A stretch of DNA of 64,000 nucleotides, taken from contig CAYRBH010000001.1 in assembly GCA_964422585.1 (NCBI GenBank), positions 11,728 through 75,727 on the forward strand. The letters are read 5' to 3'. The notes below the pieces were generated by a model that saw only the letters and a program-made list of their open reading frames with translations, was not told the origin of the DNA and did no database searches. This DNA is from an uncultured Gammaproteobacteria bacterium. GTDB lineage: Bacteria; Patescibacteriota; Patescibacteriia; UBA1558; 2-01-FULL-52-15. Position numbers and translations under genes: made by a program. Positions 10,089-19,572 of the stretch are shown here, piece by piece (positions within the stretch are counted from its first letter, which is position 1; each line of letters starts with the position of its first letter).

Positions 10089-11121
10089 ACTTACTATCAG
10101 TCTCGTGACCTATAACAGCGAAAAGTATGTTCGCGATTTTTGTGATAGTTTACGGGAACAGACCTTCCATGATTGGGAGTTGATTGTTATCGATAATGCA
10201 TCGTATGACCATTCGGCATCCGTCGTCACTGAGTGTATGCCGCATGCGAAGGTCATCAAGCAGAAAGAGAACCTTGGCTTTTCGAAAGCGCATAACTTGG
10301 CGATCGCTTGGTCAAAATCAGACTATGTGCTCGTGGTGAATCCTGATTTTATTTTTGAACCACAGTGCCTCGAGCGGCTGATCTCCTATGCTGATAGCAA
10401 TTTGAGTATCGGAGCGGTCGGGCCGAAACTACTTTCCTGGGACCATGACGCCTATGCTCCGAACGGACTCATTGATAGTTGCGGGATCCTTATGTCAGGG
10501 CCATATCGTTCATCAGACTATTTACAAAGCCAACCTGATCAGGCGATCATGACGCAACGGGTATTTGGTTTGAGTGGCGCTTGCGTCATGTATCGTCGCT
10601 CCGCTATTGAAGACGTGAAACTGCCTCGCTTCGGATCGGCCGGCTTTGAATATTTTGATGAAGATTTTTTTCTCTACAAAGAAGATGTAGATATAGCGTG
10701 GCGTTTGAATCTGGCTGGTTTCGAGCAGTATATAGTAGCTGCTGCCGTGGCCTATCATCAGCGCGGCGTGAAAGAGGTTTCGAGCTCAAAGCAGTCGACC
10801 AGCGCATTCTCCTACCTTGGGCAACTTGCGGCCGCGACGCGCGCCGACCGTAAGAAGCGTTCGGCCTTGAATCGTTTTTCCTACCGCAACCACGCATTGA
10901 TGGTCTATAAAAATCAGAAGTGGAACATGACCCTGCCTCGGATATTCTCTATACTATGGTTCGAGGGAGGAAAATTCGTCTACCTACTCTTCCTTGATGG
11001 ATCAAGCCTTCGTGGGTGTATGGAGTTCATCAGGCTGCTTCCTAAGTTTCAGAAGAAACGAGCTTTAGTGCAACAGAATACCCGTATAGCCACGCGAGAA
11101 TTGGCATCGCTGTTCCACTAA
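10081..11121 (+). CDS. glycosyltransferase family 2
   Basis: LTISLVTYNSEKY...LIVIDNASYD... GT2 N-terminal signature. Confidence 0.8.
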   Translation: MPKLTISLVTYNSEKYVRDFCDSLREQTFHDWELIVIDNASYDHSASVVTECMPHAKVIKQKENLGFSKAHNLAIAWSKSDYVLVVNPDFIFEPQCLERLISYADSNLSIGAVGPKLLSWDHDAYAPNGLIDSCGILMSGPYRSSDYLQSQPDQAIMTQRVFGLSGACVMYRRSAIEDVKLPRFGSAGFEYFDEDFFLYKEDVDIAWRLNLAGFEQYIVAAAVAYHQRGVKEVSSSKQSTSAFSYLGQLAAATRADRKKRSALNRFSYRNHALMVYKNQKWNMTLPRIFSILWFEGGKFVYLLFLDGSSLRGCMEFIRLLPKFQKKRALVQQNTRIATRELASLFH

Positions 11122-11124
11122 ACT

Positions 11125-11928
11125 ATGGATGTTTCAATCATCATCTTGAATTATAAGAGCAAGCTTCTCATCGCAGAGCAGCTGCGGCATTTTTTTTCAC
11201 AAGCATGCGCTATTTCGACCGAGATTATTGTCATTGATAATGACTCGGCAGACGCTATTGGTAGTATGCTCGCAGAACAGTTTCCATTAGTTCGATTCAT
11301 ACAACGACCTGACAATAGGGGCTATGCTGCAGGCAATAATGCCGGTCTGCACGCGGCGACAGGTAGGTATAGCGTTATTGTGAATCCTGATACGGTTCTG
11401 ACCGCTCGGCTCATCGAAGAACTGTATGGTTTCATGGAAGCGCATCCAAAGGCCGGTATCGCTGGTCCTATGATCAATAACCCTGATGGCAGTTTGCAAT
11501 TTTCTTGTGGGCGCTTCCCGAATCCACTACTTCCCTTTTTCAGAAGGACATTCCTTGGTTCCACGAAACAGGGTGCGCGCTGGCTCGATTGGTACTTACT
11601 CCGGGATTGGGACCATGCCGCAGCACGCCGTGTTGATTGGCTCTTTGGCTCTTGCCTGATGATTCGCATGGCTGCACTCGAGCAGGTTGGTTTTCTTGAT
11701 GAATCATTCTTTTTGTATCTTGAGGACACTGATTGGTGCCGCCGTTTCTGGGAGCAGGGATATGAAGTGTGGTATGTGCCGCAGGCGAAAGCGATACGTT
11801 TACGTGGCGGATCATCAGAGGGCAGCATCCTTTCGCTGTTGTTCAATAAAAGCACCCGGGCGCATAATATAAGTTATGTAAAGTATTTTATGAAGTACTG
11901 GGGCAAGAAGAACCCGCATATCGAATAA
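11125..11928 (+). CDS. glycosyltransferase family 2
   Basis: VSIIILNYKS...IIVIDNDSAD..., DxD (YLEDTD). Confidence 0.8.
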   Translation: MDVSIIILNYKSKLLIAEQLRHFFSQACAISTEIIVIDNDSADAIGSMLAEQFPLVRFIQRPDNRGYAAGNNAGLHAATGRYSVIVNPDTVLTARLIEELYGFMEAHPKAGIAGPMINNPDGSLQFSCGRFPNPLLPFFRRTFLGSTKQGARWLDWYLLRDWDHAAARRVDWLFGSCLMIRMAALEQVGFLDESFFLYLEDTDWCRRFWEQGYEVWYVPQAKAIRLRGGSSEGSILSLLFNKSTRAHNISYVKYFMKYWGKKNPHIE

Positions 11929-11931
11929 CAT

Positions 11932-12372
11932 ATGGAAGCACATGGCATAGAACTAGTTTCACGCGCTCTCATCATTCAGAACGATGCGGTCCTTGTTTGT
12001 CAGGCCAGAGGCAAGGGAGCATATTATTTTTTCCCCGGCGGGCATATTGAACACGGCGAAACAGTTCAAGAATCGTTGATCAGGGAGCTGCACGAGGAGA
12101 CTGGTCTTGATTTAACGGTTGGGCACTTCATAGGGGCTTTCGAGAATTTTTTCAGGCAGGATGGGGAGAAGCACCATGAGTATAATTTTGTTTTTACTGC
12201 TTCGTTGGGAACGACCACTGTCAGATCTCGGGAGAGTCATATCTCTTTTACCTGGATACCTCTTGGCGACTTTGCTCAGACTGAAATGCAGCCGAAGGGC
12301 TTGCATAGATGTGTCGTGCAGTGGCTTGATGACAAGGGTATTTTTTGGGATACTCAGGCTGAGAAGAAGTAG
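11932..12372 (+). CDS. NUDIX hydrolase
   Basis: Nudix box GGHIEHGETVQESLIRELHEETGL. Confidence 0.75.
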   Translation: MEAHGIELVSRALIIQNDAVLVCQARGKGAYYFFPGGHIEHGETVQESLIRELHEETGLDLTVGHFIGAFENFFRQDGEKHHEYNFVFTASLGTTTVRSRESHISFTWIPLGDFAQTEMQPKGLHRCVVQWLDDKGIFWDTQAEKK

Positions 12373-12375
12373 TAT

Positions 12376-12624
12376 ATGGAAAGCATCGAAGATATATTGA
12401 AAAATCGAGGTATCAGCGCCTCAAAGAAAACAAAACCGGTGTTGCCTTGGCAAGATTTGGCTGCCCAGATCTATGAGGAGCTACGAGGCGTCGATACTGA
12501 GAAAGCATCAGTATTCATGCTCTGCAAGGCTGATTATGCCGGTGCCTATGCTGCCTTCAAGGAATGCAAGGAGCGGGATAAAAATATACTGTATTGGTTT
12601 AAGATAATGAACAAGAAGAGGTGA
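12376..12624 (+). CDS. hypothetical small protein (82 aa)
   Basis: ORF starting 4 nt after the NUDIX stop; no recognisable motif. Confidence 0.35.
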   Translation: MESIEDILKNRGISASKKTKPVLPWQDLAAQIYEELRGVDTEKASVFMLCKADYAGAYAAFKECKERDKNILYWFKIMNKKR

Positions 12625-12726
12625 TTCCCTCTGAGCAGGGCAGGGGTGCCGGAAGTCTGTTTTTCATTGATTTTTCGAAATAATTTAGGTACTATTGAAT
12701 GACGAGGGAAAAACCTTAGTCTTTTT

Positions 12727-14376
12727 ATGTTTTGGGGATATAAACTACGAGATACAGCGAAAGCGCGATTTGCAGCAGAGATTGCTCAGGGCAAGCCTCT
12801 GATTATTCGTGATGAGAAAACAATGTCCGGCAGAACGCATGTTGGTTCTCTGCGGGGCGTAGTTATTCATGGGGTACTGTCAGAAGTCTTAACGCAAGCA
12901 GGCATCACGAACAAGTATCTTTTTGAAATGAATGACTTTGATGTTTTGGATGCTGCCCCGACATATCTTGATCAAGAGCTCTATGCGCCCTATATTGGCA
13001 GGCTGTTGTATGAAGTGCCATCGCCGGAAGCTTCAGCTCAAAATTACGCAGAGTATTGGGTTCAAGATTTCATATCTGCCATTGAGCATACTGGATTCCA
13101 GCCAGAGTACTATCGTTCAAGCACGCTCTACCTTGGCGGTACATATAATAATGCTATTCGGTTAGCACTTGATAATGCTGACAAGATCCGCGCTATCTAT
13201 AAAGAAGTCTCTGGTTCAGACAAAGGGCCTGATTGGTTTCCGTTGCAGGTAGTTTGTGAAAAATGCCGTAAAGTAGGAACAACCAAGGTTACTGCCTGGG
13301 ATAGTAAGCTCGTGACCTATCAATGCCTCCCTGATATGGTGAAATGGGCAGCTGGCTGCGGTCATCAGGGTACTATAGATCCCTTTGACGGCAGAGCGAA
13401 GCTGCCTTGGAAAGTAGAATGGGCCGCAAAATTCATGGTGCTGGGCGTGCATATGGAAGGCGCCGGCAAGGATCACTATACCAAAGGCGGTTCGCGGGAT
13501 ATCGCGCGACGGATATTGAAAGAGGTCTTTAACTTTCCAGAGCCTATCGATATTCCCTATAACTTTTTTACCCTTGGCGGAGCAAAGATGTCGTCCTCGA
13601 AAGGCAAGGGTTCTTCAGCAAAAGAAATTGCCGATCTCTTGCCAACGCAGATGCTTCGCTTTCTCATGATGAAAGAGCCGAAGCATGAGATTGATTTCGA
13701 ACCCTATGGCGATACGATCCCGATACTCTATGATCACTATGATAAGATAGCGGGCGAGTATTTCACTAAGGCCGAGAGCGAGTGGTCCCAGGTCTTCCCG
13801 TTATTTCATCCGGCATCGAAGCGGACTAACCTTGTGCAGGGATTTTTGCCACGTTTCTCGCAGATAGCATATTTGGTGCAGATGCCGCACATCGATCTTG
13901 CTGATAAAGTCGCTTTGATGAAAGGCTCCGCATTGAATGAAGCTGATACGACTGAGTATCAAGAGCGCGCTACCTACGCGAAACAGTGGCTCGCGAAGTA
14001 TAGTCCTGAGAAGTATAAGTTCGATGTGCAAGAGAGTGTCCCTGATGACAGTATGAAGTTTAGTACATTGCAGAAAGAGGCCTTGCGGCAGATCTATGCC
14101 TATATCCTCGAGAACGAAAATCTTATAGGAGAGCGGCTGCATACGCAAATACATGATATTAAAAAAACATTGAATATTCCTCCGGCAGATCTCTTCTCCG
14201 CATTGTATATCAGTTTCTTAGGTAAAGATTCTGGCCCGCAGGCAGGCTGGTTTTTATCAGCGCTGGATAGGGATTTCGTGCTTCGCAGGCTCGCAGAGGT
14301 TACTCACATTGTTGATGATGCTTCACAGCCCTCGAATGATCCTGAGGGATCTGATCAGAGCGGCGCTTCTAACTAA
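12727..14376 (+). CDS. lysS: lysyl-tRNA synthetase, class I (archaeal-type)
   Basis: Class I aaRS motifs: HIGH-like (SGRTHVGSLRG) near the N-terminus and KMSKS-like (GGAKMSSSKGKG); 549 aa, consistent with LysRS-I. Confidence 0.8.
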   Translation: MFWGYKLRDTAKARFAAEIAQGKPLIIRDEKTMSGRTHVGSLRGVVIHGVLSEVLTQAGITNKYLFEMNDFDVLDAAPTYLDQELYAPYIGRLLYEVPSPEASAQNYAEYWVQDFISAIEHTGFQPEYYRSSTLYLGGTYNNAIRLALDNADKIRAIYKEVSGSDKGPDWFPLQVVCEKCRKVGTTKVTAWDSKLVTYQCLPDMVKWAAGCGHQGTIDPFDGRAKLPWKVEWAAKFMVLGVHMEGAGKDHYTKGGSRDIARRILKEVFNFPEPIDIPYNFFTLGGAKMSSSKGKGSSAKEIADLLPTQMLRFLMMKEPKHEIDFEPYGDTIPILYDHYDKIAGEYFTKAESEWSQVFPLFHPASKRTNLVQGFLPRFSQIAYLVQMPHIDLADKVALMKGSALNEADTTEYQERATYAKQWLAKYSPEKYKFDVQESVPDDSMKFSTLQKEALRQIYAYILENENLIGERLHTQIHDIKKTLNIPPADLFSALYISFLGKDSGPQAGWFLSALDRDFVLRRLAEVTHIVDDASQPSNDPEGSDQSGASN

Positions 14377-14389
14377 GTAAACAAATACT

Positions 14390-15655
14390 ATGCTCGATAT
14401 CGGCTATATTATAAAAAATGAGAAAAAGGTTCGCAAAGCTATAGTAGATAAACGTGTGAAACTTGACCTCGACGAGCTGCTGAAGGCTGACATCGAACGC
14501 AAGAAGGCGCTCCAAGAAGTTGAGATGCTTCAGAAGCAGCGTAATGAGAATACCGCCGTGATACAACAAGCTGGCGGCAAGCCGGATGCTCGATTGATAG
14601 CTGAGGGCAAATCCCTCAAGGAAAAAATCACCGAGACAGAGCCTCGCTTGAAAGCAGCAGAAGAGCGGTATCGTGCATTGATGCTCTTGGTGCCGAATAT
14701 CCCATCGGAAGATACGCCGATCGGCGCCGATGACTCTGGCAATACAGAAGTACGGACCTGGGGTAAGCCACGCAGCTTCGATTTCCCGATGCGGGACCAT
14801 ATGCAGCTTGGCGAAGACTTGGATCTGATCGATACGGAACGCGGAGTGAAAGTGGCAGGCTTCAGGGGTTATTTCTTGAAGAATGAGCTGGTCATGCTGC
14901 AGTGGGCGCTTTTCACCCATTGTCTGAATAAAATGCAGCAGAAAGGCTTTCAGATACTCCTGACGCCCACTATGGTCAAGGAGTTCACGCTTATAGGTTC
15001 TGGGCATTTCCCAGCTGGCCGAGAAGAAATCTATACCGTGGACGATCGATTCCTAGTTGGAACCAGTGAAGCCGCGTCCCTTGCCTATCGCGCTGAAGAG
15101 TTGGTTGATATGGGCGAGTTTCCTCTCAAGTATTGTGCGGTATCTCCCTGCTATCGTCGTGAGATCGGCAGCTATGGTAAAGATACGAAAGGGCTGTATC
15201 GCGTCCATGAATTCTGGAAAGTAGAACAGGTGGTCATTTGTCAGAATGATCTGGAGGTCTCAATGAAACTGTTCAATGAAATGCTTGGCATCGCTGAGGA
15301 GCTTTTACAAGAGTTGGCCTTGCCGTATCGTGTCCTGAGCATTTGTACCGGCGATATGGGCGCTGGTAAATACAAAATGTATGATATTGAGACGTGGATG
15401 CCGTCACGCAATGCGTATGGTGAAACGCATAGCTGTTCACATCTCACTGACTGGCAGGCTCGTCGTGTAAATATGCGCTACAAAGATGCGGCTGGCCACA
15501 CCCAGTATCCGCATACCATGAATAATACCGTTATCGCAAGCCCTCGTATCCTCATAGCACTCCTGGAGAATTATCAGAATGCTGATGGCAGCGTCACCAT
15601 TCCCAAAGTGTTACAGCCGCTTATGGGTGGGATGACTATTATAGCCAAGCGGTAA
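14390..15655 (+). CDS. serS: seryl-tRNA synthetase
   Basis: N-terminal coiled-coil arm followed by a class II core; 421 aa. Confidence 0.9.
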   Translation: MLDIGYIIKNEKKVRKAIVDKRVKLDLDELLKADIERKKALQEVEMLQKQRNENTAVIQQAGGKPDARLIAEGKSLKEKITETEPRLKAAEERYRALMLLVPNIPSEDTPIGADDSGNTEVRTWGKPRSFDFPMRDHMQLGEDLDLIDTERGVKVAGFRGYFLKNELVMLQWALFTHCLNKMQQKGFQILLTPTMVKEFTLIGSGHFPAGREEIYTVDDRFLVGTSEAASLAYRAEELVDMGEFPLKYCAVSPCYRREIGSYGKDTKGLYRVHEFWKVEQVVICQNDLEVSMKLFNEMLGIAEELLQELALPYRVLSICTGDMGAGKYKMYDIETWMPSRNAYGETHSCSHLTDWQARRVNMRYKDAAGHTQYPHTMNNTVIASPRILIALLENYQNADGSVTIPKVLQPLMGGMTIIAKR

Positions 15656-15671
15656 CTCGATATTCGTTGCT

Positions 15672-16538
15672 ATGGAGCACCGCATTCCCCGAATCAATCG
15701 TAAGCTCTACCAAACGCCGCGCGCGCGTTTCACTGCTGGACAGGGTGGTAGGCAGCCACAGATAACTGGACGAGCAGGGTTGTATCAAGACCAATATGCT
15801 CGCAAAGACAGTGGCCGTTCATCTCGTTTCGCAAAGGTAGCTATTATAAGTATCGCCGCGCTACTGATTGTTCAGAGCATCTTCCAGGTCCCTTTTTTTA
15901 GGATTTCTGATATACAAATCGAGGGATTGAAGTATGTCCCGATTGAGCAGGTGCGTACATTCATTGATAATGAACTGCATCGTCGGAGATTCCTCATTTT
16001 CAGGAATGATAATTATTTTCTGTTCGCGAGAGCGAAGATGCAGAAACGTTTGCAGGACGCTTTTTATCTCGAAGTGCAACAGATGACCAAGAAGTTTCCG
16101 AATACCTTGATTATCAAAGTGCGCGAGCGCATTTCCGCGTTCGTGGTGCAGACGCCAGAGGGCTACTTTACGGTCGGGACCGATGGCAAGGCTATCGCTG
16201 ATGTACCCAAGCCGCAGCCCAACCAAATACTGGTAGCCGATGAACGTTCAGTACGCGATCGCAGCATCCCGCTGAGCTATCTAGAGACCGCAACGACCAT
16301 AGCAGAGGATTGGCAGCAGACTGTCGTCGGCGCAACGCTCACCGCATTTCATCTGACTGATGATGCTACCCAGGTAATTGTGTCAACTGATAAAGGATTC
16401 CAGGTATTCCTTGATCCTAAGAAGGATATTCATGCGCAATTGGCCAGACTATCGGTGTACTTGCAGGATAGGAATTTCCAAGCGCCTAAGCAGTATATCG
16501 ACTTGCGCTACGATGATAATGTCTATTTCAAAAATTAA
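15672..16538 (+). CDS. ftsQ: cell division protein FtsQ/DivIB-like (POTRA domain)
   Basis: Cytoplasmic basic N-terminus, single TM, POTRA-like ..FPNTLIIKVRERISAFVV.. Confidence 0.65.
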   Translation: MEHRIPRINRKLYQTPRARFTAGQGGRQPQITGRAGLYQDQYARKDSGRSSRFAKVAIISIAALLIVQSIFQVPFFRISDIQIEGLKYVPIEQVRTFIDNELHRRRFLIFRNDNYFLFARAKMQKRLQDAFYLEVQQMTKKFPNTLIIKVRERISAFVVQTPEGYFTVGTDGKAIADVPKPQPNQILVADERSVRDRSIPLSYLETATTIAEDWQQTVVGATLTAFHLTDDATQVIVSTDKGFQVFLDPKKDIHAQLARLSVYLQDRNFQAPKQYIDLRYDDNVYFKN

Positions 16539-16568
16539 TCGTTGCTTCATCATTAACAGGTATAGTAT

Positions 16569-18185
16569 ATGTTTAGATTTAAATTTCGGGCAGTAGTATT
16601 TAGCAGCAGTATGTTGCTGTGCCTCTGGTTCGCTCATGGGTCGCAAGCGTTTGCGGCGACCGATGCGACCACGACCGATCAGGGCCTTGATCAGTATCGT
16701 GGCTCATTCCTGGTAGAGGAGCAAAGTGGCACGCAGTACTATTGGTATGTCGATCCAGTCTCAGGAGAGCGCTACGCGTTCAATACGCCCACTGATTTTT
16801 CTCGTCTGTTGGAGCATGAAGGCCAACGGGTGAAGGCAAAAACATTGCGGGCATTGCCAGCGCCTGATGCTATCAAACGTCAGGTCTCGTATGACATGGT
16901 CCAGAAATTCAGAGGCGTCATTATGTTGCAAACCGACGCCGATGATAAGGCATGGTACCTCGATCCGTTGGATCTGAAGATGTACTATCTGCCGAATGGC
17001 AAGGATGGATTCGCTTTGGTGCAGGACTTGGCTTTGGATATTAGCCCAGATCGCCTCGCTAAGATCCCTTTGACCAGCGACTTCGGCTATAATGAAACAC
17101 CGAGTGACAGCATACTCCCCAATGCTACTTCTACGATCGATACCAATGTCTATGGCCAAGTATTCTCGCTGCTGCAGACGGATCATTTGTATAAAAACAC
17201 TTTCACCGCGCAAGATCTTTACTATGGATCCCTGAAGGGCATGGCGCAGGCTACGGGTGATCCCTATACCGAGTTCTACCCGCCAGATAAGAATCAGCAG
17301 CAGCATGACTACTTTACCGGAGATTCGTCCATTGAGGGGATCGGCGCCGCGCTTGATACATTGAATGGCACCGTGTATATCTCATGGCTTGTGAAAGGAG
17401 CTCCAGCAGAGGCAGTAGGCTTGAAGCCCAAAGATCAGATTGTGAGCATCAATGGCGTATCGGCAGCAGGGATCTCGGTCGATGCAGCGGTCGCCAGCAT
17501 TAAGGGTCCTGCCGGCACGAAAGTGACTTTGACGATCTATCGTCCGAGTACGGGGGTGACAAGCGATTTCGTCATTGAGCGCGCGAAGATCGTCGTGCCT
17601 GATGTTGATGGCGAATTGCTTAATAATGGGACCATCGCTTACTTCAAATTCAGTCTATTCACGGAGGAGCTGATACCGGAATTTCAGAAATTGGTGGACA
17701 GCATGATCACGCCATCCATTCAGGGTATTGTGATTGATATGCGCGATAATATTGGCGGAATCACCGACTCGGCATCGAAGCTTGCGGATTATTGGCTGAG
17801 CGATGGGCAGCGCATCTATACTGAGCGGCGACCAGGCCAGGAGATTAACTATGTCGCAAGCGCCGGTCGCGACCTGCCGAATGTTCCTACGGTCGTGCTC
17901 ACCAATGGTGAGACAGCCTCTGCAGCCGAGATCTTCACGGCCGCTCTCAAGTACTACCATGCAGCAACTGTTATTGGCACCAAGACTTTCGGTAAGGGTA
18001 TTGGTCAGAATCTCTATGACTTTGAGGATGGCTCTGGTCTGAAGCTAACGACCTTCGAGTGGCTTACTCCGGACGGCAGTAGCATCAATAAAACAGGAAT
18101 TCTGCCTGATATAGTCGTCGATCCTTCGGATAATGGTGATCCGCAGCTGGACAGGGCGGTGCAATTCATTAAGTACGGCTTCTAA
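16569..18185 (+). CDS. ctpA: C-terminal processing (tail-specific) peptidase, family S41, with PDZ domain
   Basis: Signal peptide; ..IEGIGAALD.., PDZ region, ..TNGETASAAEIFTAALKYYHAATVIGTKTFGKG.. S41 catalytic region. Confidence 0.8.
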   Translation: MFRFKFRAVVFSSSMLLCLWFAHGSQAFAATDATTTDQGLDQYRGSFLVEEQSGTQYYWYVDPVSGERYAFNTPTDFSRLLEHEGQRVKAKTLRALPAPDAIKRQVSYDMVQKFRGVIMLQTDADDKAWYLDPLDLKMYYLPNGKDGFALVQDLALDISPDRLAKIPLTSDFGYNETPSDSILPNATSTIDTNVYGQVFSLLQTDHLYKNTFTAQDLYYGSLKGMAQATGDPYTEFYPPDKNQQQHDYFTGDSSIEGIGAALDTLNGTVYISWLVKGAPAEAVGLKPKDQIVSINGVSAAGISVDAAVASIKGPAGTKVTLTIYRPSTGVTSDFVIERAKIVVPDVDGELLNNGTIAYFKFSLFTEELIPEFQKLVDSMITPSIQGIVIDMRDNIGGITDSASKLADYWLSDGQRIYTERRPGQEINYVASAGRDLPNVPTVVLTNGETASAAEIFTAALKYYHAATVIGTKTFGKGIGQNLYDFEDGSGLKLTTFEWLTPDGSSINKTGILPDIVVDPSDNGDPQLDRAVQFIKYGF

Positions 18186-18186
18186 T

Positions 18187-19497
18187 ATGAAAGTCACCGT
18201 CATTGGCACTGGCTATGTAGGCCTGACCGTAGGCGCATGTCTCGCGGAGACGGGGCATGAGATACGGTGTGTGGACGTTGATGCTCAGAAGATAGAGAAC
18301 TTGCAGCGCGGTATTCTGCCGATCTATGAACCGGGTCTTGATGATCTAGTGCAGCGTAATGCTACAAGTGAACGCCTCCAGTTCACGACCGATATTGGGA
18401 AGAGCATTGCTTGGGCCGAGGTGGTATTCTCGGCAGTAGGAACGCCTCCTGACAAAGACTTCCGGGCTGATCTTACCGCGGTGAAACAAGTTGCTGCCTC
18501 ATTCGGTCAGTATGCGAATGGCTATAAGCTCTTCGTGAATAAATCCACAGTGCCAGTCGGAACAGGTGCTCTGTGCAAAGAGATCATTACTGCTGAGTTC
18601 AAGAAACGTGCCGTGAGCTTCAACTATGATCAGGTATCAAACCCTGAGTTTTTGCGAGAAGGAGTAGCGGTTGCTGATTGTTTGAAGCCTGACCGCATCG
18701 TGGTAGGCGCTGAGTCAGAACGGGCATTCGAACTAATGAGGAAGCTCTACCTGCCAATCATAGATAAAGGTTCCGCGTTCTTCACGACGAATATTGCAAG
18801 TGCCGAGATCATCAAGTATGCATCGAATGCTTTGCTTGCGACCAAAATATCTTTCATGAACGAGATCGCCCAGCTCTGTGAACGTGTCGGCGCTGATATC
18901 ATCGCGGTAGAGCGGGGAGTGGGGCTTGATGATCGCATCGGCAGACGTTTTTTGCATGCTGGCATCGGCTTTGGTGGTAGCTGCTTTCCGAAAGATGTGG
19001 ATGCTTTGATACTGACCGGTCGGGATAAACAGTATGAGTTCAAGATTATACAGGCTGTGCAAGAGGTGAATCGCCTGCAGAAGCATGTGCCTTTTGAGAA
19101 GTTGCAGAAGGCTATCCCTGATTTGAAGGGTACGAAGATAGCCCTTTGGGGCTTGGCGTTCAAGCCGAAAACCGATGATATGCGTGAGGCGCCTTCCCTG
19201 GTCCTTATCAAGGAGCTGCTGGGTGCTGGTGCCCTTGTTTCAGCTTTTGATCCGGTCGCGATGGAGGTTAGTAAGAAATATTATCCTGACATTGAGTATG
19301 CGCCTCATGCGCTTGATGCCGTGAAAGGCGCTGCCGCGCTGATCTTAGTGACTGAGTGGGATGAGTTCAGAAGCGTCGATTTTCGTGTCCTTGCAGGGCT
19401 TATGAGCCGAAAAGTGATCATAGATGGCAGGAATATCTGGCAGCCTGCTGAACTGCGAGCGCTAGGATTCGAGTATCATTCGATTGGCAGGCTTTAG
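18187..19497 (+). CDS. ugd: UDP-glucose 6-dehydrogenase
   Basis: MKVTVIGTGYVGLTVGACLAETGHEI.. Rossmann N-terminus, ..GFGGSCFPKD.. catalytic Cys motif. The tabulated ORF starts at 18133 and overlaps ctpA; the ATG at 18187 is the likely start. Confidence 0.85.
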   Translation: MKVTVIGTGYVGLTVGACLAETGHEIRCVDVDAQKIENLQRGILPIYEPGLDDLVQRNATSERLQFTTDIGKSIAWAEVVFSAVGTPPDKDFRADLTAVKQVAASFGQYANGYKLFVNKSTVPVGTGALCKEIITAEFKKRAVSFNYDQVSNPEFLREGVAVADCLKPDRIVVGAESERAFELMRKLYLPIIDKGSAFFTTNIASAEIIKYASNALLATKISFMNEIAQLCERVGADIIAVERGVGLDDRIGRRFLHAGIGFGGSCFPKDVDALILTGRDKQYEFKIIQAVQEVNRLQKHVPFEKLQKAIPDLKGTKIALWGLAFKPKTDDMREAPSLVLIKELLGAGALVSAFDPVAMEVSKKYYPDIEYAPHALDAVKGAAALILVTEWDEFRSVDFRVLAGLMSRKVIIDGRNIWQPAELRALGFEYHSIGRL

Positions 19498-19572
19498 TCT
19501 ATGTGTACAAGTGTTAGATGCGTGAAAGGCCTAGTATGCTATACTTAGTCCACTTAGTACTAATTTTTTATC

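Noticed and set aside
12625-12726. Possible T-box leader or riboswitch upstream of lysS
   Set aside because: Only ~100 nt are available, with no specifier-loop or T-box (AATTAGGGTGGNACCGCG) motif. It is too short for a T-box.
13801-15007. Antisense ORFs within lysS/serS (13801..14154-, 14369..15007-) and similar antisense ORFs inside rpoA, dnaK and the ABC permeases
   Set aside because: They are fully embedded in the opposite strand of well-supported conserved genes. They are typical shadow ORFs.
18133-18186. Upstream extension of ugd (ORF start at 18133)
   Set aside because: The extension overlaps the ctpA C-terminus. The Rossmann GxGxxG begins right after the internal Met at 18187 (MKVTVIGTGYVG), as in Ugd homologues.
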